Program-made: the position numbers and the translations under genes
Shown here: positions 12,387 to 27,369 of the stretch, one piece after another
Numbering within the stretch: the stretch's first letter is position 1
Layout: each line of letters starts with the position of its first letter
The notes under the pieces: model-generated
Told to the model about the DNA's origin: nothing
What the model saw: the letters and a program-made list of their open reading frames with translations, nothing else
Databases searched by the model: none
Assembly: GCF_009914755.1 (NCBI RefSeq)
Contig: NC_060931.1
Strand: one strand, 5' to 3'
Origin: the human T2T-CHM13v2.0 reference genome, Homo sapiens
DNA length: 64,000 bases

Positions 12387-14544
12387 AGGGTGTGGGAAGG
12401 GTAATTTGGGGGAAGGGAAGTGGAGTCCCCTCTTGGCCCCACCCAGAGATGAGCTTCTCTGTCTAGTGGTGGGATAGTTGGCTTGAGATGTGATATTGAG
12501 AATATATGAAGGCTCCCTACTGGGTCAGGAAGTTGGGGGAGTGTCTCAGGGGAGGGCCGTGCCTTCCTGGGGACCTGTTTAGGAGAAGGGTCCTGGGCAG
12601 TAGCTTGTTACTAGCCTTTCGGGAACAATTTCAATGTTTCAGTCACCCTCTGGGCTGTTGTACTATTGCAGTCAGCCCTGCTAGGCCCACAAGTTGTATG
12701 GGGCAGAGGAGAAGAGGCATGGGGACAGAAACCTTATATCCCAGGCAAAGCCTTAGCAATGCTGCTGATGTCATATGCTCATCGTTGTCAAGAATTGAAA
12801 ATTAAGATAGTGATGAGGTGGTGGCAGGACAAATTTCTTCTTTTCACTGTATGTCCCCTTTCTCTTCTGGATCTCATTTCCCTGCCTCCAGCTATCTTGG
12901 CAGATGGGATTATTTAATAATTTTCTTGGGGCCTGTTGGCAAATGGCCCCTCTGCCCCTTCCCCAGTGTGTGGTGACCACAACAGTGACATAGCTTCATT
13001 TCACAGCCATTAGGAATCTTGACGCAGCTGACCCCTAGATCTCCTGGAAAGGCCTCTTGGGAAATATAAGCTTGCCACCAGAGTGAAGTGAATTCTCGAG
13101 TGGTATTACCACAGAGGCTCAGGTTCCTGATGCTCCTTGGAGTGCTAGGTTAACAGTCTCTCTGTTGGGGAAAAACTTGATACAAATAGAAGATTTGCTA
13201 ATTTTGCTCACATTTCAAAATTGTTTAATTTGCTTACTTTTTTTTTCTCTTTCAGACTATTGGGTTTTATCTATCATTCCTTTTATTTTACAAAAAAGAA
13301 CATAGGGCATGTTGGCCAGATAATGTATCCTGTTTTTTGATTTAATCACCCAACATAGCATGGGAATAAAAAGCTGAATGAGATGTAGCCTTGCTCCTCC
13401 CTGACATTGAAGAGACTGGCTTCTGGGAGAGGAAAATGACCAAGAAAAGAACCACCCAGATCTTGGGTTCAGTTTATTCTCTCTGTATTTTCAAGTGGCA
13501 GAACTTGCTTGAATATGTGAATTTGATGTTGGATCACAAGCCCAACATGTGGCTTCTGTGGGCATATGTAGTTATTTTGGATTTTATTTTATTTTAAAGG
13601 GTCTGTGTCCTGTTGGCTTTTAGGAGGTGATAGTTGCTGATTCTCCTTTCATGTGACATTCAGGGCTCATGGAGAAGTCAAAGGCTCACACTGGTGTTCA
13701 CCTTCCTGGACTTCAGGAAAGATAGTCCTTTTGCCAGATGAATGGGAGGATCTAAGTCTGTTAGATTTCCATGAGTCGTGCAGCCTTTCTGGATCGGGAC
13801 AGGAAGACTGACCCACTGTCCTTCCCAGGCTGCCTGCCGTTCATCTTGCTTTAATTAAATACACAGCTGATGATGTCAGCTTGGCTCCCGGCTCCTTCAG
13901 CTTTCCCCTCAGAACAAAACATCCGGGCAGACAGTTGTGACAATTAAGTCTCAAGACCCAAGCTTAGTTTGTTCTGAGGTAGTTAAGATAAATCTGCCTA
14001 AGCATCTCCAAATGCAGATAAAACCTAGTGCTGATTAGAGGTGACCCTCTAATAAACCTGATTTGATTAGGCAGAACCAGCGAGGTGCAGGCAAATATTT
14101 GAGACTCTGGCCAAGCTGATATTCCATTGACCTTTCACTTAGGGGAAAAAACCTGTTTGATTTTTTTCCTATCCCAGAGTACTTGAAAATTATTACCTAT
14201 GGCAGCTAAAGCACTAGGGCGAAATAAACAGGTGAGACCTGTGGACTTGCCCTTAAGAGTCGCAGTCAGCTACCACCTGGGTTGTGCTTGCTTCCTGGCA
14301 GATCAGTGGAGAATGGATTTTGCCGGAGGTCCTGGCCTGGAATGATAATTAAAAAGGATGTTTCAGAACACACCCAGGTGCGTTCTGATAAAGCCTGAGC
14401 AGATGTGGGTGGTGAAGGATTTTTTTTTTAAAGTCAAACTTTGTTTATAAAGGTAACTTCTAACAATTTATTATAGAAAAGTCAAACTAGAATTGCATTA
14501 GTTTGTTTATATCAAGACCTCATTAGAAATTAAGGAGAAATTTC

Positions 14545-15095
14545 CTTAATTGCTCCATCTCTGGCTCCTGTAACAGTGGGCATACTTCTCTTCTTAGCAT
14601 TTATCACATTGTTCTGTAATTGTTGGTTTACCTTCCCTTTTGTCTTAAAAAGCAGGGAAATTGTATAATTATTCTTGATGTTGCTCAAATGCTTGGCACC
14701 TGGGCCAGGTACAGGGATTGGCAAAGTTTGGTCCACAGGCCAAACCAGGCCACTACCTGTTTTTATGCGGTCATGAGCTAAGAACAGTTTTTGCCTTTTT
14801 AAATGATTGAAAACAAATCAAAGGATATATATTTCATGCCACGTGAAAATTATGTGGAATTTGAATTTCAGTGTTCATAAATAAAGTTTTATTGGAATAC
14901 AGCCATGCTCATTCATTTACGTTATTGCCTTTGGCATCATTTTGCACTACAACAGCAGAATTGAGTAGTTGCAGCAGAAACCATATGGCCTGAATAGCCT
15001 AAAATATTTGCTATCTGGCACTTCACAGAAGTAGTTTGTTGATCCCTTTCCTATTATATAGCAGGCATATAGTGTAAATGCTTATTGTTTGAATT
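14545..15095 (+). mobile_element. L2 3' end interrupted by MER58
   Basis: tagcatttatcacattgttctgtaattg...gcttggcacctgggcc before the MER58 and gcaggca...aaatgcttattgtttgaat after it. Confidence 0.55.
14712..15047. mobile_element. MER58(B)-like hAT-Charlie element
   Basis: cagggattggcaaa...taaataaagttttattggaatacagccatgctcattc...cctaaaatatttgctatctggc...tttgttgatccct. Confidence 0.9.
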
Positions 15096-16289
15096 ATTTC
15101 AAATATAAATCTGAGTTTACAAATAGAGTTATTCTGATCCTAAAAGTGTTCAGTGAAAGTTAGATGAATGACTGACCAATCTATTTCTCTTGTTATTCAT
15201 TTGTAACCTTAGGTTTAAGTTTTAGAGGTAGTGGTTCGTTTATTAGAGCTAGACAATTATATACTATTTCTCTTCTGAGAAACTTTATAAAGAGTTAATC
15301 CTTATTACTTTTCTAGGTTCTGAACCTACTATATGGGATGCAGAGACACCAAGAGGCACAGAGAGGTTAAACTGACTAAGACACACAGTAAAGAAATGGC
15401 ATGACTCTTCATGTCTTCATCTCTTTCTTTGTTTGCTAAAGCCATTCTTTGTGATGAAAGAGAAGTCAAATCTGGAGATATTCATGAGCAAACTACTGTC
15501 TGATACTATATAATGCATTATTTCTTATAGACATCAGTATCTTTGTAGGCTCTTTGGTTCATTACCAGGGAAATTCATTTAAAAAAATAATAAATATGTG
15601 GTTTAAAAAGTAAATACTGCAGAGAATGATAGCAATTACCAAATGTAAACAATGTGGCCTTTGAGAACCACTATGAAATTGTTTAGTGAATTAAATTATT
15701 ATGCTTTTGCTATTCACATATCCACTTCCATTGACTGTTAAGGAATATGCTTCAAGGAGGACAGATGAGATATAGGTAAAGTTTATTTTTAAGATACTTA
15801 GGTAAAACAAAATAAACCAGCAACTGGCAGATGTTTGGTGACCTTGAAATCTGGCTTTTGTTTTGAGACAGTGTCTTTAAAATGACCAGTGCCACAAATG
15901 TAAACAGGGGAGTTGGAGGGCATTGGAGTATTCAGGAAGAAAGTGAGAAATCAGTAATTTGTAGAACATGACTAACTGGAACTATTGTTTGGTCTGCTGG
16001 GGTTTGAGGGAGTAGAGGAATTTGTGAAGAAGGAAAGAAGGTTAGGAGATGCATAGAGCAGAGAAACAAGGGTCTAAGCTTTCCTAGGAATCTCAGGTCA
16101 GACCCTTGTTAAATTTTGTCCGTATATTCATTGTTTGCTGTGGAATCTTTTAGGAGAGTGTAATTTTTTTTTCTGTTTTTCTCTTATTAAATAATTTAAA
16201 GGGATGACATTCAGGGCTTTGGGAAGCAATTTTTTTTTTTTTTTTCAAAACGCCGCTATACCTACTAATTGGATATCCATCAGGGGATG

Positions 16290-16510
16290 GATACTTACAA
16301 CAGCTCTGCATGATAGGGATAATATTCCTATTTTATGGATGGGAAAGCTGAGGCTTAGTTGTTTTTTTTTTTTTTTTTTTTTGAGATGGCATCTTGCTGT
16401 GGCTGAGGCTTAGTTTAATTGGCTTTCCCGAAGTTTTACAGTTAGCAGCCAGAGCCAAGTTTCAAACCCAAATCTAGCTGACTCCAGGGGCCTTCTGTTG
16501 TTTCTACTAT
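16290..16510 (-). mobile_element. MIR SINE carrying a micro-Alu insertion
   Basis: cctattttatggatgggaaagctgaggcttag...agagccaagtttcaaacccaaatctagctgactccag. Confidence 0.75.
16361..16401 (-). mobile_element. Extremely 5'-truncated Alu-like insertion (about 19 nt body plus A tail)
   Basis: T21 plus gagatggcatcttgctgtg between perfect 14-bp repeats gctgaggcttagtt (16347-16360, 16402-16415). Confidence 0.85.
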
Positions 16511-17434
16511 CCCACTTCCTCAGTGGTTGCATCCCAGAGATTTCATCGTTTGGTGCATAAATCCAGCCTAAAGCCATACTTCACCATTTTGTGTGAATAA
16601 ATCTCTTCCTCATTTTATGACTCAGCTACCTGCTTTCTCTTTCTAACCTGTTATTTTGTACATCTGATTTGTTAGCTTCCCATGTTCCCTTAGCTTCCCT
16701 GCCCTTAGTTGTTAACCCTTTTGATCAATATCTAGTTGATTTTGCTACTTAATAACAGACTTTAGAGGGACTTCAGAGGATAAAAACTAGAACCTCCACC
16801 CTACTGAAAAATTACATTTGGTTTGCCGTTGGTAGTATGTGCCCCATCCTTCTGCCCTGGCACTCCAGGGGAATCAAAAAGGAAGAGCTGAGAAACAGCA
16901 TTCCAGGCTTAGAGGCTCCACATTCTTTGGGTTTGTTGGAAGACTTCTTGGCAGCATTGAAAGATGCCTGTGTTTTCATACTGATTTTCCATCCTGGGCC
17001 ACCTGCTTTCTCCCTTCCTGCTGTTTTCCTTTTGTACCTATGTGGTTGGTGCTTCTGGGGCTTTTTATAGCAGCTTTCATCATTTATACTACTGAGTTTT
17101 GCAGGCGCTTTTCTTTTCAATTTTTGATGTTTGACAGTATAGACTTTTATTTATTTATTTTTAATATGTTCACTTCTGAACCTTTTTAGACTTCATGGTG
17201 ACAGCCTCCAGGAGAGGAAAAACAAAACAAGGGAAATTCTAGGAAGAGGCAGAAGGTAGTTACTATTGATTTCTCTGGATGCAGATCCTAACTGTTGGCA
17301 AATTTAAAACTTACTTATTTTGAGTGGAGGTGGTTCTGTGTTAGTGAGAAGTTGATCTGGAAAAGATGCTGATTTGGACATGGCTGTTGTAAAACTAATG
17401 ATGAAGCAAAACAAAAGAAGGAATAGTGCATTTT

Positions 17435-17697
17435 GGCCAGGCATGGTGGCCTGTAATCCCAGCACTTTGGGAGGCTGAGGTGGGCAGATCACGAGGTCAG
17501 GAGATCAAGACCTTCCTGGCTAACACAGTGAAAACCCGTCTCTACTAAAAATACAAAAAGAAGTTAGCTGGGTGTGGTGGCGGGCACCTATAGTCCCAGC
17601 TACTTGGGAGGCTTAGGCAGGGAATGGCATGAACCCGGGAGGCGGAGCTTGCGGTGAGCTGAGATCGCGCCACTGCACTTCAGCCTGGGCGACAGAG
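17435..17697 (+). mobile_element. AluY-like element lacking its 3' end and poly(A) tail
   Basis: Ends at ggcgacagag and is followed directly by gaatagtgcgtttt, which matches the upstream flank gaatagtgcatttt. Confidence 0.93.
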
Positions 17698-19129
17698 GAA
17701 TAGTGCGTTTTCACTTTTTAACCTTAGTTGCACAGGGTATGTTGAAAGCTACTGTTGGCTTCACCATGTCATTGGGAAGTGGGAACGCTGACAATCAAAG
17801 CAGCTAAACAAGAAGCAACTCAGGAATTATGACATTGGCGGCAAGTCTTTTGCCCCTCTTCAGAGGTAACACTACTAGATCTGGAGAGAGTTCTGTACAT
17901 TCAGGGAATCTTCCTGATCTCTAAAAAATTTGAGAGGACTAGAGAGGAGTAAAGACTGGAACCTGGATAGATTGATTTGTGAGGGACAAAGATTCAGAGA
18001 AGACATTTTCTTGAAGGTGATGAACCTGCTTTACCAAAATGTTGTAAAAATTCTAAAGAAAAGTTAATTGGATCAAGTTGACAATAAATGTTAGAAGGGA
18101 AAAATCTTAAAGGGTAAAATTTGAAAGTAGAAAGTTTGTCCTGTCCACAGTGTTTGCCATTTCATAGACCAAGGTGGTTGGGGGAGGTGGGGCAAAATTA
18201 CTGTAGTTTCCAGTGATCATTGCCTTCTCTCGGTCCTATAAATGCAGGCACTATTTAGCACTGAAACCATCTGGTGTTGGTGGTTGTTTCTTATGTCGTA
18301 TGACCTGCCTCTATAAATACATTGTGTATAAGCTTAACTGGGACAGTAATTGGTGTGATCCTTTTCTTTTTCTGATCTCTAAGGTCTGAGGCCCATGACC
18401 AAGGGAAAGAGAAGTGCTTTTTAAAAAAACGGACACTTTTGTTGTTTTGGTCTCATGGTTTCACTGAGGTAGTGTTCCACAGTGTAAGACAGGTTAGGAT
18501 TGTATGTTCCAGAATTATGAACAAGAGTATCCTTGGGAATGATAAAAACCATGCTGCAGTGTTGCATGTGTATTTGTGTGTTCCATGTGGAAGACCTTCT
18601 GGGCTGTGTCTGTCTTTGCTATTTATTTATCACCTGAAATGGTGCTGCTCAACCACTCTGTGACAGTGTTATTTTAACTTGAAATAGCATGAGGGTTAGG
18701 AGAAAATACCTCATGAATGTGAAGGGGGATTCTCCTGGGCGTATGTAATTGCAATGATTTGAAATGCTTTCACAGGTTTGTAGGAGAGGGTAATTTTTCT
18801 TCTTTATTTGCTCCTTTTATCTTGTTCTAAAGCCAGTATTACCTCCTCTCCCACCGCCCATGTATACTTCTTATTCCCTTCTCCTTCCCCCTCCCTTTCT
18901 CCCACTCTCCATGTAAAGAAACTCTTTCCTAATAAGAATCATAGGTATTCAGAGCTTTTTTTTTTTTTTTAATTAACAGTTGATTTGACTTTTTAGTACT
19001 GTGTAGGAGATGGGAAAAGTCAGGGCCATTTGATAGTAATTGCTTCCTGGAAGAGCCGACCAACTTATTATAAGGGTGAGGAGTGTTTGGAGGCATTATT
19101 TTCTGGTTCCAGGTGTGTTTTGAGTATTG

Positions 19130-19327
19130 CTGGTGGTGCTCAGCACTCTTGACATTTGGGGCTGGATTACTGCATGTTGCAGGAGTATCTTGTGTATTGT
19201 AGGATGTTTAGCAGCATCCCTGGACTCTACACACCAGATACCAGTAGCACCCCTCAAGTGTGACAACCAAAAATGTCTCCATAGGTTGCCAAGTGAGGGA
19301 CAGGATCACTCTGGTTGAGAATTTCTG
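19130..19327. mobile_element. MER20 hAT-Charlie MITE
   Basis: ttgtaggatgtttagcagcatccctgg...ccagtagcaccc...gtgacaaccaaaaatgtctcca...ggttgagaa. Confidence 0.9.
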
Positions 19328-22300
19328 CCTTAGAAAGAGGAAAATGGATTCCCTGGAAGCAGAGGTTAGCCATTAACCTTATAGGGCTGGAGCCTTCATT
19401 TAAATGCTTTGGTATATTGAAAGCACCACTCAAGTATCAGTGGTGAGGGCACATTTAGCTTGTTGAAATTCCTGTGTAATTCATAAATATCATATTAGCT
19501 CTTGGCTTCAATTTCCTAACACTAGAAATGTAGATTTTTCCCCTTATTTTCAAAATGAGGAGGATTGTAGTAAAATATAGTAATCTCTGAGGTCGCTCCC
19601 AACCCTTACATTTTATGATTTTAGTTATAACAGACATCTTATGGAATTACACAATATAAGAGTTGAAAATGTATTTGTGATCATTTAGCCAGCCCTCTTC
19701 TGTTAGTTCTATCCCGTGTGATTTCCACAAATAGATCAGACCAGAAGAAAATAGTTGCTTTTTACAAGTGGATGTTATTAAATGCTCATATTTAGAATAT
19801 TTATCAGAACAGACTTATATTACAGTGTTTACTTTTCTAACTGATTGAGATTCAGGTGACTTAACTGCCTAAGCTTCAACTGTCTGTTGTTTGGAATTAG
19901 GCTTTTAAAAGTTGGTCTTTATATTAATATTCCTATGCCTAAGCTGGTACTCTTATTGTCAAATAGCTTTATGCTCTGTTACATTAATGAGGGAAACTTT
20001 GACTTTCCAGAGTGCCTTGGCTGATATATTGGTGTTAAATTGGTAAGCTTTCTATCCCAACTGCTTTATTTATGCTTTAAACATAAATGAAAGCAGAGAA
20101 TTTTTTTTTTTGGCCTGAGAGGTAGTTAAGAGGGAAATCTAATACCTTTTATGGGTTTATATGCTTCATATGTGATGTGCCCAACCAGAAATAATAAGAT
20201 ACACCCCAGATGTGAAGGTACCAGCTAATATAATTATGCTGGAGATCATTTTCACCTTTTGAGGGCTGAATTACATTGAATTCATTTCTTCAACTCTAAC
20301 AGGATTTGGTATAGTTACTTAAATTTGAATTGGGAGCTGAGATGAAGTCCCAACACTTGTGCTTTTACTGGAAGGATTGGGTTGTGTATACCTTTTGTAT
20401 TTCTGAAGCTTGATAAACTATAAAGCCTTGAGTATTCAGGTTCATGGCAAGGTTTAGATGGATGGGGAGGTATACTCTAGTAGAATCTAACAGCTTAGTA
20501 TGCTTTCTGTGGGCTCTTGCCTGGAAACCCAATCTGAAGGTATAGTGATCAGACACAATGCTATTCTTAAGCCTTCTTGGAAATAACAGGTGTCTTAGCC
20601 TGTGGTAAAAAGGTAATTTTGCATGTATTAAATATTCAACCAAGGGCATGATCTGTGCTTATTTTGGCAAACAAATAGATCCCAAAATGAATCAAACAAA
20701 TTGTAATGCAGAACAAATTTAAATACTTGAGGATTTGTTTTAGACATTTAAACTCATATTTTATCCTCTGTGTCTTCATAGTACCCTCAGAAAGAAAAGA
20801 ATCTTTGGAAATGTCAGTGAAAGGGCAGTATAATCTCACACTGCAGTTGTGGTTCCGGACTCAGTCTGTGTGCCTGTCTTTCCTTTCACTCCTAGCCACG
20901 TGACAACACAAAGAGGGTACTTAAAGTGTTTATTTCACCCTGGAAGATTTTTATAGAGAGCACTTTTTAATGAAGCACAGCACATGGCATCATTATCATT
21001 TCTAACACAGAGAACTCATTTTCAATTTTGCTATCAAAGAAAAATGACAAATAGAGAATGCAAGAAAAACCAGATGGACTAACTGTATTAGGAGCTTAGT
21101 ATGCATATTTTGTGTCACATATTAGCATTCATTAAGTCAAAAGGGAAAAAAATGAGTTTTGCCTACATGCATTAAACCAATAAGGCTGGCAAAGTTCCAA
21201 GCTAGCTCTTGTGAATTAATTGTTTTATAACTGTTTTAATTAAAATTGTTCAGTATATGATTAACCTAAAAGTTTTAATTTCCACAAAACTGTTGAACAA
21301 ATGAGACATTAATATTTTACGTTAACCATGGCAATATTGCTGTGGTTTTCAGAGCTCTGCTTGTTCAAGCAAAGCATGGCAAGTGGTAGGTGGAAAGTAC
21401 CCTGTGTCTCATGCCACTACTAAGAAAACCTGCAAATCAGAAGCAAATTCTATACACAAGCATTTATGTAGGCATCGCCCCAAACCCCCTGTTCAGACAG
21501 TCTAGTTAGAGCTGGGCACCTGTCATAAATTGTCAGGTTGAAGAGGTTAACGATATAACATGGCAAGAATACATTTATTGTCTTTTTCTTCCACCTGGCT
21601 TCATAGTAGTGTTGGTGTACCGTGTGAGATCCTTAGATTAGAAGGGGTTGGCCAGTAGGGACTATGAAATGATTGTTGTTAAATTCTAGGGGTTTAATTT
21701 AGGATATAGGTACAAATGTTAGTTCTGGAATCAAAGGGAAGAAAGAGAAGATTTGGATGACGCATCACCTTTACTTGAGGTTCTTTAGGTTGGCATCAGG
21801 CTAACTTTGGTAAAACCACATCCCATTTTGCAAATGGTAAAACAGGGTTGGTAAAATTTCACTGTGTATAGCTGTGGCTCCTGAAATACACAGATTTGCA
21901 TTTCTGTCACTCCTCCCTCTCCCCACTTTCCACATGTACCCCCATCCTAATGTACTTCACTTTGTTAAAAGATGGGGATGTCTTTCCTCTCTCCTCCCCT
22001 AAGCCTTTCACTTTGCTCTGTGGATTTGGGTCATGGTGCTGTATAAATTCAAGGTAATGATGGTATTTGAACCCCATAGAAGGATATTTTAAGAGATAAG
22101 ATTAATACTGCTCAGCATAAATGATGATAAAACTCAGGCTGTCCTAAATGTCTAGGTAGTGATGCATTTTTTAAGGCACTAGACTGAGCTTACCTTTTAG
22201 GTTGTATGACACTTGATATAAGCTGTCCTTACAGGTTTAAAGCTGTAGGAGTCTGGAATGCAAAACTGAACCACAGAAGTATATTGGCCTTGCACTTACA

Positions 22301-22872
22301 TAGTCAGGATCATACGGCATTGTGATCTATCCAGATTTCCAGCTGCAGTCCTGATGTGGTCTCTTCATTACTTTGTCCAGCTGTTTCTTCCCAGACGGTG
22401 CTCTGTGTTAGCCTTCCCTTCTGTATAATCATTCTCTTCCCTAAATTTTTCTGTTTAACTTGTTAAGCACCAGATTCTGAATAAATTATTCATATAATCA
22501 GTATTTTTGAAGTAGTTAATAATCAGAGTATAATAATAAATTTTATGATTGTACAGGTTGCCATATTTGCCAGAAATCAGCTTTACACAAGTGATTTTTG
22601 AGATAAATGCTTTATTGGGCATGTTGCTATCTGTTCATTTCTTCAGGCTCTCTTGATTTCTATTATTGTGTGAAGTTAGGCCATTAGAAATGCGCATACC
22701 TGGACCATATTATTTAGGCTCTTCAGAGAACTGCCATCACGGAGTTAGAGTGCTATGTCCTTGGTAAATGGAAAGTAAGAGCCCTCAATTTAATAATACA
22801 GTATTTTATAGTCAAATAATACATCTGGCTTTTGTAAAACCTTAAAAGTAATCTGGTATCTTAATGTTTCAT

Positions 22873-22976
22873 TATACATATGCATATATGTGTGTGTATA
22901 CTCACATGCATATATACAGACATACATATGTGTACATATATTTACACATATACGTACACACAGTCATACACATATA
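22873..22976. repeat. Degenerate (TA/CA)n purine-pyrimidine low-complexity tract
   Basis: tatacatatgcatatatgtgtgtgtata...catacacatata. Confidence 0.8.
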
Positions 22977-23247
22977 AAAAGCTTCTCTAAGAATTTGGAG
23001 CGAGGAAAAAATGTCTGTCTTCTGACCAACATGTATACATTCTTCTAACTCTCATGTGTTTGTTTAGTGAATGAATGAATACTATGTAATTAGGTAAGAG
23101 AACTATTGCCTTACCCTGGAAATTCGAATCGTAATTCAGTAAACAATTTTAGGTACCCATCCTAAGTACTTGTTGATCAAATACTATTACTCTTTTGCTT
23201 GGTGAGTATTATTTTTCATCTACTTTTAACAGGTTCTTCTTTGGTTA

Positions 23248-24098
<851 letters not shown>

Positions 24099-24112
24099 GT
24101 GCCAAAATCAAG

Positions 24113-24461
<349 letters not shown>

Positions 24462-26609
24462 TAATAGTAGTTTGGAATATACTTCATTTATTCTAGTTCT
24501 TTTCTCTATTTTATTACCTTTCTGAATGTGCTCTCTGCTCCCCTGGGGCCCATTCCCAATCCAGTAGCGGCAATTACCATTGGGATAAACCTCCTACCTC
24601 TGAGGCCCACAGTTTTCCTGACCATCTCTCTACAGCCTCACTTCCACCTCTACCTCTCCATAAAACAATGTGTATACTTCTGTTCATCAGCTAAATCACT
24701 ATACCTATCTTACTTGTTTTTCTGATGCAACAAGCAGCCTTCCAAAAATACCACCAAGTCTAATAATCCTTTTGCTGTTTAGTACATCTTTTGTTTGAGG
24801 CTTACTGTCACATGACAGATGATGACAGGCAACAAATGACTGTTTAAATGGTCAACAGATGTGCCCATCCAGGTGACTCTCCTAATAGTTGACACACAGT
24901 GGGTGGAGGGATTGGGTTGTTCCAGATATTCCCTGTTGTTGGGCTAGCTTGCTCTTGGTGATTATAGTTTGACTTATTTTGCTTTTATTCAGTTTTTGTG
25001 GTTCTGTTTTGCTACTTGGTTTTGATACATGTAGGTAGTGTGGGTTCCATTTTGGTATGTGAAATTTCATATCATGAAGAAAGTTATGATTATAATGTAG
25101 CGTTAGTAATTCCCAGTGGTCATTCCCAAAAAATATTTTCTGAGAATGCCAGGTGTATATAAAAGTTATTTTTGAAAGTACACATGTAGTGTGCCACACC
25201 CTCTATCAAAACAGGCCCACATTACTGAAAGAAGGAGGGAAACTACCCATCCACTATTACTTTACAGTACTTAAAATATGCAGACAAATACATTTTAGCA
25301 CGTGGTGATCTTTGTGAGGATATCCTGTCAATCAAGAGAGTAAATATCTTTTCTCTTTCCCATGAACCTAGCAACCAATTTGCTTATAGTTCCTTCAAAG
25401 CTGTTGTTAAGATTATTTTGTGGCTGGTTATGTCACTTGGCTAGAAAAATGGTACTGGAATTAAGTCAGCTTTAGCCCTATGCTGCCCATCTTTCTTAAC
25501 TTATGGTCAGCCATATGTTTAGACCAGATGAGGTAGGAGGTATGATTGGATACAAGTACATTCCTGGAAAAGATAACCAAAATCATGTTCTACTAAAAGT
25601 GAATTACTGTGTTTTTTTCCTTCACATAAGAACAGCATCTTCATACCTATGGCAAGAACCTGTCATTTTTTTTTCTGATCACATATGTAAAAATCATTTG
25701 TTGGTAGTAGCAATTAACATAAAAGTCAGGTTAGTGATGTGGTTGGGGTGAGGGAGATTTGACCATTGAGAGACACACAAGGGGGCTTTTGAGGTACTGT
25801 AATGTTCTCTTTATTAACCATACCTGTGGTTGCAATGGTGTTCATTTTATAATTCTTCTGAAAAACAGACATGTTTTCTACATTCTGCTGTATGTGTAAT
25901 ATATTTTGCTATATACGTATGTTTTACTGGAGAAGAATTTCAAAAATACCTAAATAGCACAAAGTAGAAAATGTTATCAGTAATCCTAACACTAAGAAAT
26001 AATCGCAATTTTTTTGGACATGTATCTTCCCAGTGTTTTGGGGACAAATAAAAATAATAATGTATATCTACTCCCATGAGTTAAGATTTTAAGAATGCAT
26101 ACATGTATGTATGTATGTGTATGTACAATATATATGTGTGTGTATATATATATAAGTATATACAAACCTGACTTTTTGATTTATTATATTGTAATATTTT
26201 GACATGAGGTTTCAGGATTCTATAGAGTTAATTTTAATAGCCATATAGAGTACCATTGTTTGGCTATATCATATTATTTGCCCAATCCTGTATTCTCTAA
26301 CATTTGCTTGTTTCTAATATTTATGTGTTATAAATAACATGTATTTATCTTGTAGGTATTTAAAATTTAAATAGGCTAAATGGGACCCTTCTTTATGTAG
26401 TATGTAGATATTTCATAAAAGGTACATTTTGTTGGGAAAGATAACTCTGGCTTCAAATGCTTTTTGAAAGATGATTTTTTTCCCCTCAAAGAAAATTGAA
26501 AACAATTTCACTTTTTTTTTCCTTTTATGAAGCATGTGTGTGTCATTTGTTGTAAGAAGGATATGGCCCTGACATCTTCATACTCGATTGTTCTCTGTGA
26601 AGTTATTTT

Positions 26610-26720
26610 ATTTATTCACTTATTGAACTCATTTATTGAACACCATTTGTATGCCAGGTGCTTTGTTCCAGATCTGAGGATATAGAGATGGAGACCTGGT
26701 TTCTGCTTTCACAGCCTGGC
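26610..26720 (-). mobile_element. L2 3' end fragment
   Basis: catttattgaacaccatttgtatgccaggtgctttg...ggatatagagatg. Confidence 0.65.
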
Positions 26721-27328
26721 GACATAATGGATAGCAGGGTTTGGGATGTTGTCTGTCCATAGACTCTTGAGTTTATGGATCCAAATGTTTTTGCTTAGAT
26801 TACTTTGCTGTGATTTTTATTATTAGACAGGTGATTTAGGAGCTTATGTACCAGAGAGGCTGTTGCTTTCCTCCCTCCCCAGCCCTTCCACCCCCAGACT
26901 GTATGTTCTTCTTTAAGGTTGAGTCTTGGAATTCAGAACTTGGTGAGCAAGACCTGACTAGAACAGAAATGGAAATGACCTTTTCATGCACAGCATGAGC
27001 ATGACAGAGAATGGGCTGTGTGTTAACTCCTCTCTGATATTGCTGAGGTCCTTTCCAGCCCTAAAATTCTGTGATTTTTCTGATACTTGGGCCTTTGAAG
27101 ATCCTAATACCCAATCCTTTCTCAAACATTAAATTTGTAGCAGAGGGGAAAAATTAAATTCCTCCTTTTTGAGACACCAGCTGAACTTTGCAGTATAAAT
27201 AGACTCAAGAGTGAAAGAAAGGAGAAAAGTGCATTCACCCATCCCAGGAAATCAGATGGGGATTGAGAGTGTGTCTGTTCATCTTCTGTAAACAAAACCA
27301 TTAGTAACATGGTTGTTTTTTACTTGAT

Positions 27329-27333
<5 letters not shown>

Positions 27334-27367
<34 letters not shown>
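27334..27367. repeat. A34 homopolymer directly 5' of an Alu
   Basis: Read directly. Confidence 0.95.
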
Positions 27368-27368
<1 letters not shown>

Positions 27369-27369
27369 C

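Noticed and set aside
13225-13330. Strong-looking acceptor tttttttttctctttcag (AG at 13254-13255)
   Set aside because: No good donor or coding-like sequence downstream; decoy acceptors are common in T-rich introns
13975-13990. TGAGGTAGT resembling the let-7 5' end
   Set aside because: Only 9 nt match; the rest of mature let-7 and its hairpin are absent
16812-17189. Three overlapping ORFs in unique DNA with a possible acceptor at cactccag
   Set aside because: No convincing donor, no recognisable domain, composition follows the T-rich background
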